64,000 bases of DNA from the NCBI GenBank assembly GCA_965287045.1, contig OZ336901.1, positions 9,114,001 to 9,178,000 of the forward strand, written 5' to 3'. The notes beneath the pieces were generated by a model. The model was not told the DNA's origin. It saw only the letters and a list, made by a program, of their open reading frames with translations, and did not search any database. This document shows positions 1 through 10,110 of this stretch, in pieces; positions within the stretch are counted from its first letter, which is position 1, and every line of letters starts with the position of its first letter. Origin of the DNA: Carcharhinus amblyrhynchos (Eukaryota). The position numbers were made by a program, and so were the translations under genes.

Positions 1-27
1 AGGTGGGTTTAAAAATATCTGGAGTGA

Positions 28-135
28 AATGGATTTACTGGAGTTATACATTAGTGTGAAACAGACCATGGGATTTACTGATTTACACTTCAGTATGAAA
101 AGGACCAAGGGATTTATTGAAGTTACATTCTAAGC
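28..135. repeat. Degenerate ~39-bp tandem repeat (GGATTTACTG..AGTTACA core), about 3 units
   Basis: GGATTTA(C/T)TG recurs at ~31, ~71 and ~110, followed by similar AGTTA/TTACA and A.GACCA motifs. Confidence 0.6.
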
Positions 136-800
136 CTGTCATCTCCAAATACTCAGTCACAATCATCAGGTTGATCCTGGAATCTTGAAAAGCTGGTTGT
201 CATTGGCTGCCAAACTGCACTGAAAATGCATGGGACTCAGGCTTCTCATAATGATGAATGAATCAGCTTATTGGCAGCCAAACCAGTGCCAAAATTGAAC
301 GTGGACCTGGGCTTCCTGTGATGACAAGCAAATCAGCTTATCAATGGCAAACCACACCACAAATGCGCAGACTCTAGCTTTGCATGATGACGAGAAAATT
401 GAATGCTGAACCATGCTAAAATTATGTGGGACGCTGGCTTCTTGCGGTGATAAAGGACTAAGGGATTTATTGAAGCTACATTCTAAGCCAGTGGTCACCA
501 AATAGTCGATCATAATCAACAGGTTGATCCTGGAGTCTCAAAGTCGATTGTCATTGGCTGCCGAACATGCTCTTGAAAATGTGTGTGACTTTGGATTCTC
601 AAGATGACGAGCAAATCAACTCACTGACTGCAGAACCAAAAATGCTCAGAACTCTGGCTTCTTATGATGTCAAGAGATTCAGCTCATTGGCTGTCATAAA
701 TGCCCAGGACTCGGGCTTCCCATGATGACTAGCAAATCAGCTCATTGGCTGCTGAACCGCTGCTGAAAATGTTGTGACTTAAGCTTCTTGTGATGATGAA
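102..800. repeat. Local tandem duplication (~350-bp period) covering flank, hAT left end and first subterminal repeats
   Basis: ggaccaagggatttattgaagttacattctaagc...aggttgatcctgga...tgtcattggctgcc at ~102-210 recurs as ggactaagggatttattgaagctacattctaagc...aggttgatcctgga...tgtcattggctgcc at ~455-561. Confidence 0.75.
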
Positions 801-1290
801 CGAATCGACTCATTGACGAACCATGTGCAGAACTCAAGCATCTTGTGATAATGAGCAAATCAGCTCATTGGCTGCTGAAAATGCATGGGATTCTGGCTTC
901 ACGTGATGACGCGTGAACCATCACGTTGGCTGCCAAACCATACCAAAAATGCACTGGACTTTGGCTTCTGGTGGTGACAAGCAATTCAGGTCATTGACTG
1001 CCAAGCCACACCAAAAATGTGCAGGACTCTGCCTTCGCATAATGACGAGTGAATCAGCTCATTTACTGCTGAACCATGCCAAAAATGTGCAGGACTGTGG
1101 CTTTTCACGATGATGAGCGAATCAGCTCATTGGCTGCGAACTGTTGCTGAAAATTCGCAAGACCCTGATTCTCATGATGATGGGTGAGTCAGTTCATTGG
1201 CTGCCAAACAGCTGCAAAAAAATGCATAGGACTCAGGCTTCTAGTGATGACAAGCAAATCAACTAATTGACCGCCAAATCGCAAAACTAA
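200..1290. repeat. Degenerate tandem array, ~55-70 bp unit, about 15 units (subterminal repeats of hAT element)
   Basis: Recurring AATCAGCTCATTGGCTGC..AACC...AAAATG...GACT..GGCTTC..(G/A)TGATGA; variation is dominated by CpG-type transitions. Confidence 0.85.
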
Positions 1291-2370
1291 ATCGCGGATT
1301 AATCTGGGTGAAGACAAATCAATGACTGAGAAGGCAGGGATATCAAGAGGGCCAAAACCTACCATTTCCATCAGGAATGGGAAAGTAAATTTCTTTTTAC
1401 AAATGTCAGGCAAAACCATTTGTCAATAGTTTGCCTTGAGTAAAAGAGGCATTTTGGAATGACATCACAAAACAATGCATGCAAAATTTCTAGAAAATTT
1501 CCCTTTAAACAGCATCATTTGGACGAAGAAAGTTGGGGAGTTAAAGGTATTGTTGCAAGCTCAACAGTCACCTCTTTCAAAACTTGTGGCTAAAGGAAAG
1601 GCTAGCAAAGAGGCGTCTTTTCACATTAGCCATCTGATGGCAAAACATAAGAAGCCATTCGCCAATAGCGAAATTATCAAGGACGCTATGATAGTTGCTA
1701 CCAACACCTTATTTAAAGACTTTAAAAACAAAGATGATATTATCCAGTCATCAAGAGTATGCTGCTTAGTGCTTTAACAGTGGCCAGAAAGGCAAAATTG
1801 TTGTCCCAGGACGTGCCTCAGCAAATACACTTTACTACAAATAATAAGTTTCTCTCTGCAGTTTGATAAGTCAGAAGACATGATGGATATGGCACAACTG
1901 AACAAAGGTGCAACAACAAAGTAGGATTTCCTCACTTTCTTGCCAAGCAAAGAGAAGACAATAAGTGGGGATGTCTGCACAAATTTGAAAGGTATGTAAC
2001 TGAGAAAAACATTTGAATCAAGAAACTGGTTTCAATTGCAACTTATGGTGCAACACAGGGTGTCAATGCAGTCTTTGCACTTTGTAGAGTGATCCTGAAT
2101 TCCCCTCTTTGTCAATTACCACTGTTATCCACCAATAAGCGCCAGCGAGCAAAGTTAGTGACTTTTCTCATGTAATGACAGTTTTTGTCAAGATCGTCTG
2201 TTCAATTCGTGCCAGAGCTCTGCAACATTGCTTGTTCAAATCACTACTTGATGAGTTTGATGTCACCTATGGTGAACTAATCATTCATGCAGATGTGAGG
2301 TGTTTAAGTTGAGAAGTCCTCCAGTGTTAGTTAGATCTGCTCCCCATTTAGTTGTCTTAAATCAAACAAT
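489..2370 (+). mobile_element. Decayed hAT DNA transposon (Charlie/Buster-like, GTF2IRD2-type transposase), right end missing
   Basis: hAT-type terminus CAGTGGTCACCAAA at 489, subterminal array, then transposase remnants. No right TIR seen. Confidence 0.75.
1322..2370 (+). pseudogene. hAT transposase pseudogene (frameshifts and stops)
   Basis: Fragments in order: KTYHFHQEW (~1355), ASFHISHLMAKHKKPF..EIIK..LFKDFKNK (ORF 1475-1777), SLQFDKSEDMMDMAQL (~1853, first catalytic D block), KLVSIATYGA (TDGA block), YHC..HQ (~2117), IHADVRCLS (~2283, HxxVRWLS block). Confidence 0.8.
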
Positions 2371-2689
2371 GAGATGTACAATGGTGGAAGATCGTACCCT
2401 GATACTTTACACTTGGCTTCAGCCATTTTTCTCCAAAATAACTCCAATTACAATCTTCTGTCTGAAATCTTAAGTTTCCAATCTTTACCTTTAAGGCAAC
2501 CATCCTCTGCTATGAATCTGCCAGTTGTTGAAGTCAAGACTAAGACACGGTGCCTTTCCTTTCTGAGAGAATTTTTTGACTTTGTGGAGTGTCACTCACA
2601 TTTATCTAACTACTTCCTATTTAGGTGTTCAAATACCCATTAATGTAATTGACATTAACAAACCTTAAGAATGGAATTGATAAGACAAT

Positions 2690-3010
2690 GGTAACTTGTG
2701 CTCAGAACAAGCTGTTCCAGTATAGCTACAACACTAGCATCTCTCCAGCAATCCAGAAAATTACCCAGGTATGTCCAGTCCGCAAAAAGCAAGACAAATA
2801 TTATCTGGCAAATAATTGCCCCATCAGTCTACTCAAGGTTATCAATAAAGTGTTGAAGGTGACAGTGCCATCAAACAGCACTTATTCAGCAATAACCTAG
2901 TCACTGATGCCCAGTTTAGGATTCAGGAGGGTCACTAGGTGCCAGACCTCATCACAGGCTTTGTCCAAACATAGACAAAAGCTGAATTCAAGAGGTGAGG
3001 TGAGTGACTG
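2690..3010 (+). mobile_element. Fragment of CR1/L2-related LINE ('family B') RT region
   Basis: KLFQYSYNT...QVCPVRKKQDK..LANNCPISLL matches the RT N-terminal 'P.HKK.DK..P.NYRPISLL' block; same family at 23055, 55200 and 62580. Confidence 0.7.
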
Positions 3011-4474
3011 CCCGCCACCAGTTCAGTATTTTTATCCAGATTTTTTTCATCTTATCACACTTTGTTTACTCTGTTCCCAAAATGTTGCCCTGCTGACACT
3101 GGATCCACTCTAATCCCCTCACTCCCCAGAATCAGCAATGCCTCCTTCCTCAGTGTGCCAGAAACATTTTGATCAAGAACATTCTCCTGAACGCACTTCA
3201 AAAACTCTTCTCCCTCTCTGCCCTTTATTATTACAATTAGAGTCTATATTGGAATAAACAAAGTCCCCCAGCATCACTACTCTATAATTTTGCATCCTCT
3301 GTTAACAACCCTGCAAATTTGCTGCTCTATTTCTTTTCCATTAGCTGGAGGCCTATAGAATGCATCAATTCATGTAATGATACCGTTAATGTTTCTTTGA
3401 ATCTGTTGAGTGCTTTTCTCTTAAGAATATGGAGCTGTTCTTCTCCTTTGCCATGTTATTTGTGATAACCACATTACTTGACATTCTACGGGATCAACCT
3501 TTTCCTTTTTTTCCATTTTTCTACAGTCTGTAGTCACACCGGTTGGATGATACTTAGTTCTGGAGGATATCTGCTTTGTTTGCTGAATGATCTCTGGTCG
3601 TCTGAAATTACTGTTAAATATTGTCACTTACCACTGGATATTCTGGGGTGAAAGTTGCTAACAAAATTGGACTGGGCTTTAAAACATGCCATATGTAAGA
3701 AGGAAAGGCATCTGTTATTGGGTCAATAATACTGAAACAAAACGCATTCTTTCATTTTTTTTCACTGAAGAAGTATTCAGCTATTTTATTAAGATGCATA
3801 GTAATTGACAATCTAGATGGCTAAGAATTGATAAAGAGGAGATATTAAAAATATACTGACTGTATTTCAAGTTGTTAAATTACCAGAGTTGGATGGAATG
3901 CACCTGAGGATGCTGGGAGAAGTGAAATTGGAAATTACAAAGGTACTGGCCATCTTCCAATCCTCCTACATGGGGATAGTGTCAGAGGGCTGGAGAATTG
4001 CAAAGGATAAACCCAGCAACTGCAGGGCAATCAGTTTAATCCTCATGGTGGAAAGACTTCTGGGAATGATAATTGGACAAGTGTGGATTACTTAAGGACA
4101 ACCACCATAGCTTTGTAACAGCAAATTGAACTTAACTAACTTTATTGAAAGGGTTGGTGAGTGCAGTTGATGTGCTTCCAAATAGTTAAGGTCCATTGAA
4201 TAAAAGGGCAAATGGCAGCATGCATATGAAGTTGACTATATAATAGTAAGCAGTATAAATAGTTGAATAGTGCCAGAATAGTACCAGGTCTAGGTCATCT
4301 ATATTAATGACTGAGACCTAAGTATTAGAGGTACAATCCAATTTCAGAAACATGGAAGTATTGTAAATATGAAGAAGTTACTGATCAGCTTCAAAAGGAT
4401 GTAGGCAGTTCATTAGCATGAATGGACACATCGACAAAATTTTATAGAGGCAAATGTGAAGTGATACATTTTAA

Positions 4475-5068
4475 TTGGACGAGGCAGGTGAGGTTGGTGA
4501 GCAAACTGCACACGGTACAGTGATGCAGCAGGACATAGGCAAAGAGAAGGGGAAAAGGAACGTAGTAGTGATTGGGGATAGTGGGGTGAAGGGTATTGAC
4601 ACTGTCCTTTGTCACAATGACAAAGTGCACAGAAGGGTGTGTTGTCTGCCTGGTGCTCGGGTACAGGATGTCGCAGCTGGGCTGCAGAGGAATCTGGAGT
4701 GGGAGGGTGAGAACCCAGTTGTGGTGGTACATGTGGGTGCCGGCGACGTAGGCAAAGTGCGGACTGAGGATCTGGGGAGGGAGTATGAGAAGCTGGGAAT
4801 GGAATTAAAAAGTAGAACCGACAAGGTGGTCTTCTCTGGGCTACTGCCTGAACTGAGTGCAGACGGGCGTAGGGTTGACAGGATAAAGGAAGTGAATGGG
4901 TGGCTCAGAGATTGGTGTGGGAGGAATGGGATCGAATTTATGGGGCATTGGCACCAGTATTGGGGTAGGTGGGACTTGTTCGGGCGGGATGGGGTTGGTC
5001 TGAATCGTGCTGGGACCAGAGTGCTGGCGAATCGAGTAAAGAGAACTGTAGACAGGGCTTTAAACTAA
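4475..5068 (+). CDS. CR1 ORF1, C-terminal SGNH esterase-like domain (5'-truncated; listed start is the insertion junction, not a true start)
   Basis: VVVIGDS, VCCLPGARVQDV, VVVVHVG, VVFSGLLP, F.GHW, DG..LN..G blocks; ends RALN* as in vertebrate CR1 ORF1. Confidence 0.88.
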   Translation: MDEAGEVGEQTAHGTVMQQDIGKEKGKRNVVVIGDSGVKGIDTVLCHNDKVHRRVCCLPGARVQDVAAGLQRNLEWEGENPVVVVHVGAGDVGKVRTEDLGREYEKLGMELKSRTDKVVFSGLLPELSADGRRVDRIKEVNGWLRDWCGRNGIEFMGHWHQYWGRWDLFGRDGVGLNRAGTRVLANRVKRTVDRALN

Positions 5069-5096
5069 TTAGGGGGGGGGAGGGTGCGAGGGTAGG
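5059..5096 (+). promoter_or_regulatory. Candidate -1 ribosomal frameshift signal (U_UUA_AAC, 6-nt spacer, G-run element)
   Basis: GCT TTA AAC TAA ends ORF1. The -1 frame TTT AAA CTA ATT is ORF2. G9-A-GGG-TGCGA-GGG follows. Confidence 0.55.
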
Positions 5097-5202
5097 TGAT
5101 GTTAGGAGGTCTACAGTTAAGGATAGGGTACAGGTAAGGGAAGAGGCTGAGGATGTCCCAAGTGGTGGCGTTACGGCAAATAGGGTCCAGAAGAAGGCTG
5201 GG

Positions 5203-8013
5203 ATGAAAGCGCTTTATCTGAATGCACGAAGCATTCGGAATAAAGTGGATGAGCTGGTGGTGCAGATCGACACAAATGGATACGATCTGGTGGCCATTAC
5301 AGAGACGTGGCTGCAAGGTGACAGGGACTGGGAGATGAATGTACAGGGCTATCAAGTGTTTAGGAAGGATAGGCAGGAGGAAAGAGGGGGTGGCGTAGCT
5401 CTGCTGATTAAGGACAGCATCAAGGTGGTAGCAAGGGATGATATCGGAGCCAAAGAGCAGAAAGTGGAATCGTTGTGGGTGGAGATTAGGAACAGCAAAG
5501 GGAGGAAGACGCTGGTGGGTGTCGTCTATAGGCCCCCGAATAATGATCTGGAGGTGGGGCGGGCTGTTAACGCGCAAATAAGTGCGGCGTGCAGGAATGG
5601 GACGGCAGTAGTTATGGGGGATTTCAATCTGCATATTGATTGGTCGACCCATGTTGGACGAGGTGGGCTCGAGGAGGAGTTCTTGGAATGCTGCCGGGAT
5701 AGTTTCCTGGAACAGTGTGTGTTGGAGCCGACGAGGGAGCGAGCTATCTTGGATCTGGTGCTATGTAATGAGGCGGGTAGAATTAGGGACCTTGAGGTGA
5801 AGGATCCTCTTGGAGAGAGTGATCATTGTATGGTGGAGTTTCTGTTGCAGATGGAGGAGGAGAAAGTGGGTTCCCGGACACGTGTCCTTTGTTTGAATAG
5901 AGGGGAGTATGGTAGGATGAGAGAAGAATTGGCGAATGTGGACTGGGGGAGCGCGTTGGAAGGTAGGTCTGCTGAGGAGCAGTGGAGGATCTTTAAGGAG
6001 ATCTTTCTTGGTGCTCAGCAGAAATTTATTCCGATGGTTAAAAAGGACAGTAGGAAGAGAGGTAATAAGCCGTGGATAACGAAGGAGGTGAAGGAAAGTG
6101 TTAAATTAAAAGCGGAGGAATTTAGAGTAGCTAAGAGCAGTGGGCGAGAAGAGGATTGGGAAAGGTTTAAATGTCAACAAAGATTGACAAAAAAGTTGAT
6201 AAAGGAGGGTAGAAGAAGCTATGAAGCTGGGCTAGCGCTTAATATAAAAAAGGATAGCAAGAGTTTTTATAAATATATAAAAAGGAAGAGGCTGGCTAGG
6301 GTGAACGTTGGTCCCTTAGCGGATGAGAAAGGGGACCTAGTGGTAGGGGATGGGGATATGGCTAAGGTCTTGAATAACTTTTTTGTTTCTGTCTTCACGG
6401 AGGAGGACGTGAATAATTTGCCGGGTGTTAGCGATGGAAAGGTGGTAGGACTGGAGGGTCTTAATGACATTACTGTTACTAGAGAGGTGGTGCGCGACAG
6501 ACTGGAGGGGCTGATTGTGGACAAGTCCCCAGGACCGGATGGAATGCATCCGAGGGTTCTGAAAGAAATGGCGGAGGTGATAGTGGATGCCTTGGTGGTT
6601 ATTTTCCAGACGTCGCTGGATTCCGGGGAAGTGCCGGAGGATTGGAAAACGGCTAATGTTACGCCGTTGTTTAAGAAGGGTGCCAGGCAAAAGGCGGGGA
6701 ATTATAGGCCGGTTAGTTTAACGTCTGTGGTAGGTAAAATGTTAGAATCCGTCATTAAGGAGGAAATTGCGAGGCATCTTGAAGGGAATTGCTTGATAGG
6801 GCAGATGCAACACGGTTTCATTAAAGGGAAGTCGTGTCTGACAAATTTACTGGAGTTCTATGAGGATGTGTCTAGGGCGGTGGATAGAGGAGAGCCGGTG
6901 GATGTGGTCTTTCTGGATTTTCAGAAGGCGTTTGATAAGGTACCTCACAAGAGGTTACTGCAGAAGGTCAGAGGACATGGAGTTGGGGGTAGGGTGTTAG
7001 CGTGGATAGAGGATTGGTTGTCAAATAGGAGGCAGAGAGTGGGGGTCAATGGGTGCTATTCGGATTGGCGGTTGGTGACTAGTGGGGTGCCCCAGGGGTC
7101 GGTGCTGGGGCCTCAGCTATTTACCATTTATATAGATGATCTGGAGGAGGGAACTGAGTGTAGGGTGTCGAAATTTGCTGATGACACCAAGATTGGGGGA
7201 AAGGCAAATTGTGCGGAGGGTGTGGAGAGTCTGCAGAAGGATCTAGATAGGCTGGGTGAATGGGCCAGGAAATGGCAAATGGAATTTAATGTTGGCAAGT
7301 GTGAGGTGGTCCACTTTGGTAGGAAGAATGGTAGGAAGGACTATTACTTACGTGGCGAAAAACTGCAGCAGGCGACGGTGCAGAGGGACCTCGGGGTCCT
7401 TGTGCATGAGTCGCAAAAACCCAGCCTGCAGGTGCAGCAGGTGGTCAGGAAGGCGAATGGGATGCTGGCCTTCATAGCGAGGGGGATTGAATATAAAAGT
7501 AGGGAGGTCTTGCTGCAGCTGTATAGGGCATTGGTGAGGCCGCAGCTGGAGTACTGTGTGCAGTTTTGGGCGCCGCACCTGCGCAAGGATATTTTGGCCT
7601 TGGAGGGAGTGCAGAGGAGGTTTACTAGGCTGATACCGGAGTTGAGGGGGTTGAGCTATGAGGAGAGGCTGAATAAACTAGGCTTGTACTCGTTGGAGTT
7701 TAGAAGAATGAGGGGAGATCTCATTGAGACGTATAAGATGATGAATGGGATGGATAGGATAGAGGTGGAAAGACTCTTCCCGCTCAAAAAAGACAGTAGG
7801 ACTAGGGGGCACAGCCTCAAGATAAAGGGGGGGCAGTTCAGAACGGAGTTGAGGAGGAACTTCTTCACTCAAAGGGTGGTGAATCTCTGGAATTCTCTGC
7901 CCGTTGAAGTGGTGGAGGCTGCCTCGCTAAATATTTTTAAGAAGCGGGTTGATGGGTTTTTGATAAGAGAGGGGATTAAGGGTTATGGGGAGAGGGCGGG
8001 AAAGTGGAACTGA
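5203..8013 (+). CDS. CR1 ORF2: APE endonuclease + reverse transcriptase (frame open from 4969; first ATG at 5203)
   Basis: APE motifs LNARS, ITETW, VYRPP, MGDFN, LDL, SDH. RT motifs KSPGPDG, NYRPVSL, QHGF, DFQKAFD, GVPQGSVLGP, FADD, DLGV. CR1 C-terminus RRMRGDLI, TRGH, FFTQRVVNLWNSLP. Confidence 0.97.
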   Translation: MKALYLNARSIRNKVDELVVQIDTNGYDLVAITETWLQGDRDWEMNVQGYQVFRKDRQEERGGGVALLIKDSIKVVARDDIGAKEQKVESLWVEIRNSKGRKTLVGVVYRPPNNDLEVGRAVNAQISAACRNGTAVVMGDFNLHIDWSTHVGRGGLEEEFLECCRDSFLEQCVLEPTRERAILDLVLCNEAGRIRDLEVKDPLGESDHCMVEFLLQMEEEKVGSRTRVLCLNRGEYGRMREELANVDWGSALEGRSAEEQWRIFKEIFLGAQQKFIPMVKKDSRKRGNKPWITKEVKESVKLKAEEFRVAKSSGREEDWERFKCQQRLTKKLIKEGRRSYEAGLALNIKKDSKSFYKYIKRKRLARVNVGPLADEKGDLVVGDGDMAKVLNNFFVSVFTEEDVNNLPGVSDGKVVGLEGLNDITVTREVVRDRLEGLIVDKSPGPDGMHPRVLKEMAEVIVDALVVIFQTSLDSGEVPEDWKTANVTPLFKKGARQKAGNYRPVSLTSVVGKMLESVIKEEIARHLEGNCLIGQMQHGFIKGKSCLTNLLEFYEDVSRAVDRGEPVDVVFLDFQKAFDKVPHKRLLQKVRGHGVGGRVLAWIEDWLSNRRQRVGVNGCYSDWRLVTSGVPQGSVLGPQLFTIYIDDLEEGTECRVSKFADDTKIGGKANCAEGVESLQKDLDRLGEWARKWQMEFNVGKCEVVHFGRKNGRKDYYLRGEKLQQATVQRDLGVLVHESQKPSLQVQQVVRKANGMLAFIARGIEYKSREVLLQLYRALVRPQLEYCVQFWAPHLRKDILALEGVQRRFTRLIPELRGLSYEERLNKLGLYSLEFRRMRGDLIETYKMMNGMDRIEVERLFPLKKDSRTRGHSLKIKGGQFRTELRRNFFTQRVVNLWNSLPVEVVEAASLNIFKKRVDGFLIREGIKGYGERAGKWN

Positions 8014-8286
8014 GCCACGACAGATCAGCCATGATCTTATTGAATGGCGGGGCAGGCTCGAAGGGCCAGATGGCCTACTCCTGCTCCTATTTCTTATGTT
8101 CTTATGTTCTTATGTTCTTAATAGGAAGAATAAGGAGAGGCAATATAAATAAGGCTAAAATTCTAACAACTGCAAAAGCAGAGACACCTAGGGATATTTG
8201 TGCACAAATCATTGAAGATGGCAGAACAGATTGATAAAATGATGAAAGAGGCATTTAGGATCCTGGGCTTTATCAATACAGGTGTA

Positions 8287-9146
8287 GGTTTAGGTTTTTG
8301 CTACAGTGCAGAACTTCTCCATTGTAATGAAAATCCTGGAAATGGCAGAAATTCTAAATCCCACTCACATGACATGTTCCAGTTTTGGGACTGGAGTTGA
8401 GCCAGAATTCTCACATGCATGGGTTACTGAAGCAGTTGTCTCCACTGAAATGAGTCTGAAACCTAGAACATGCAGATTCAAGAGGTAAGAGAAGGTCTGA
8501 TTTGGTGGATTCATTTGGAAAGCCAAGCCACCCTTTTGTTATGGTCCCGGGACTCCTTTGTGAGATAAGGCACCTTAGGAAAAACGAGGCGCTCTTTGGG
8601 ATTAATTAAAAGTCAACATGGTTATGCATACAAAGTCTCAGACTCATTGGAACTGACCTGTTGTCAAATAATTTCCCTACTGTCGAGGAACGGTCCAGCT
8701 GGCAAAAACTGTCAAGTCAAGGAATTGCCATGGGACGGTCAAAACTGACAAGGAACTGTGACAGGATACCAGGTGAGTTACTGGACACTGCCAGGTTGGC
8801 ATGAGTTGGCATTAAGTTTGACATATGGTCTAAAAGGGCCTTTGGGATGTGGAAGACATAGTGGGTATAGGGGCCAAGAGGGTTGGGTAGAAAGGCATGG
8901 GTTGGCACTGGGAGTATGGGGAGTGTGTGGGAGAGTGGGGTAATCAGTGCCGGAGCACAGAGGTAAGCCTAATGCCCAATCCTCCTCCAGACCCAGAAGC
9001 CATTCATTCCAAGGTGGTTATCCTGGCTTCCAATCCAACCCCTCCTGGAAAATCTGGTCTACAGGTAGCTATTTTTAAAGATCATGTTCACAGAGCCAGA
9101 ATTCTTCCATCCCTGTGCACCCAATCCAGAAGTGAAAATCTGGGCC
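8287..9146. mobile_element. Non-autonomous TIR element (putative PIF/Harbinger-type MITE) inserted in old CR1
   Basis: Interrupts colinear CR1 sequence; ends AAAATCTGGGCC with a degenerate inverted match at the left; internal GGCA/TGCC motifs. Confidence 0.45.
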
Positions 9147-9859
9147 ATAGAGGTTTGGCCTCAACTGGAGTATTCTGGTTTTCTCTCTAGGAAAGATGTG
9201 AAAACTTCAAAGAGGATACAGAAAATTAATGGGAATAGTTCCAGTGTTGAGGGAATTCAGTTGTGTGGGTAGATTGGAGAAGCTAATGTTGTTCTCCCTA
9301 TGATAAGAGAATGTTGAGAGAAATCATGAGGGACCTAGACAGAGTAGGTAGAGAGAAACTACTACCCACTGGTGGAAGGGTAAAGAATTAGAAGACACCA
9401 ATTAAGTTGATTGACAAAAGAACAATGACATGAGGCAAAACTTCTTTATGCAATGAATGATTATGATCTGGAATGCATTCTCTGAATGTCTTGAAGCAGA
9501 TTCAACTGTGGCTTTCAAAAGGAAATTGGATAAGCAACTGAAAAGAACAAAATGCAAGGCTGAGGTGGGAGCTGGAATGAAGCTAGTTGCATTGCTCTTC
9601 AGAATAACTAGGCTGAATAACCTCCTTCTGTGCAGTAATCATTCTGTAACTCCATAGATTCTAATTTCATCCAGTGATGGAGCATTAACCATATTTAGTT
9701 CATTACCAATGAATGTCAAATATTCTCAATCATTGCTTTCTATAATTATTTCTTAATTTTAAACTTACAACAGGAAATATAGAAAAATAAGGTGATTGGT
9801 ATGAACAGCCATTAACTTATGAAGTGACTTTGACTCCAGTTTAGTGATCTGTTTTATGC

Positions 9860-10110
9860 ACCAAGACGAGTTCATCCATCATCCTTGTGCTCATTGACCT
9901 ACATTAAATTCACATATCAATACTTAATTTAGTTCTGAAATTCTCATCCTCATCAAATCCCTCCACCTACTTACCAATTTCCATCTCTGTAACTATACTT
10001 TGAACTATACAACCCTCCAAGAATTCTGCATTCCTCCAACATTGGCCTCTCACGAATTTCCATTTCATTCACACCTCCATTAATGGCTGTCATCTAGGCC
10101 CTAAGCTAGT
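9860..10110 (+). mobile_element. L2-type LINE 3' fragment
   Basis: ttctcatcctc...ctctgtaac...tacaaccctccaagaattctgcattcctccaac..ggcctc motif, similar to 54680-54830. Confidence 0.55.

Larger units (their letters stand above)
4476..8117 (+). mobile_element. Young 5'-truncated CR1-clade LINE (HER1-like) with intact ORF2
   Basis: Partial ORF1, uninterrupted ORF2, short 3'UTR and (TTCTTATG)n tail at ~8091-8117. TTAAT on both sides (4471-4475, 8118-8122). Many CpGs retained. Confidence 0.95.
3820..9660 (+). mobile_element. Old decayed CR1 LINE ORF2/3' end, interrupted by young CR1 (4476-8117) and a TIR element (8287-9146)
   Basis: DGMHLRML..W..A..NCRAISL (ORF 3889). The sequence gtgatacattttaat resumes as ttaataggaagaataaggagaggcaatat after 8117. 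CR1 C-terminal motifs (WNA, FKRKLD) and 3'UTR at 9460-9660. Confidence 0.75.

Noticed and set aside
200-1290. Array as box C/D snoRNA-like or guide-RNA array (RTGATGA and CTGA in many units) next to a transposase
   Set aside because: Variants (GATGACGA, CCGA/CCAA/CTGA) show these boxes are better explained by CpG decay of GCGATGACGA and GCCGAA. There is no constant-repeat/unique-spacer structure, so it is not CRISPR- or TIGR-like.
4969-5058. ORF-track N-terminus of the 1014-aa ORF2 (TTG start)
   Set aside because: Overlaps ORF1 and starts at a non-ATG codon. Real entry is more likely the 5059 slip site or ATG 5203.
5065-7872. Antisense ORFs over the CR1 (e.g. 195 aa at 5065-5652)
   Set aside because: Expected shadows of a G-rich coding strand; no recognisable domains.
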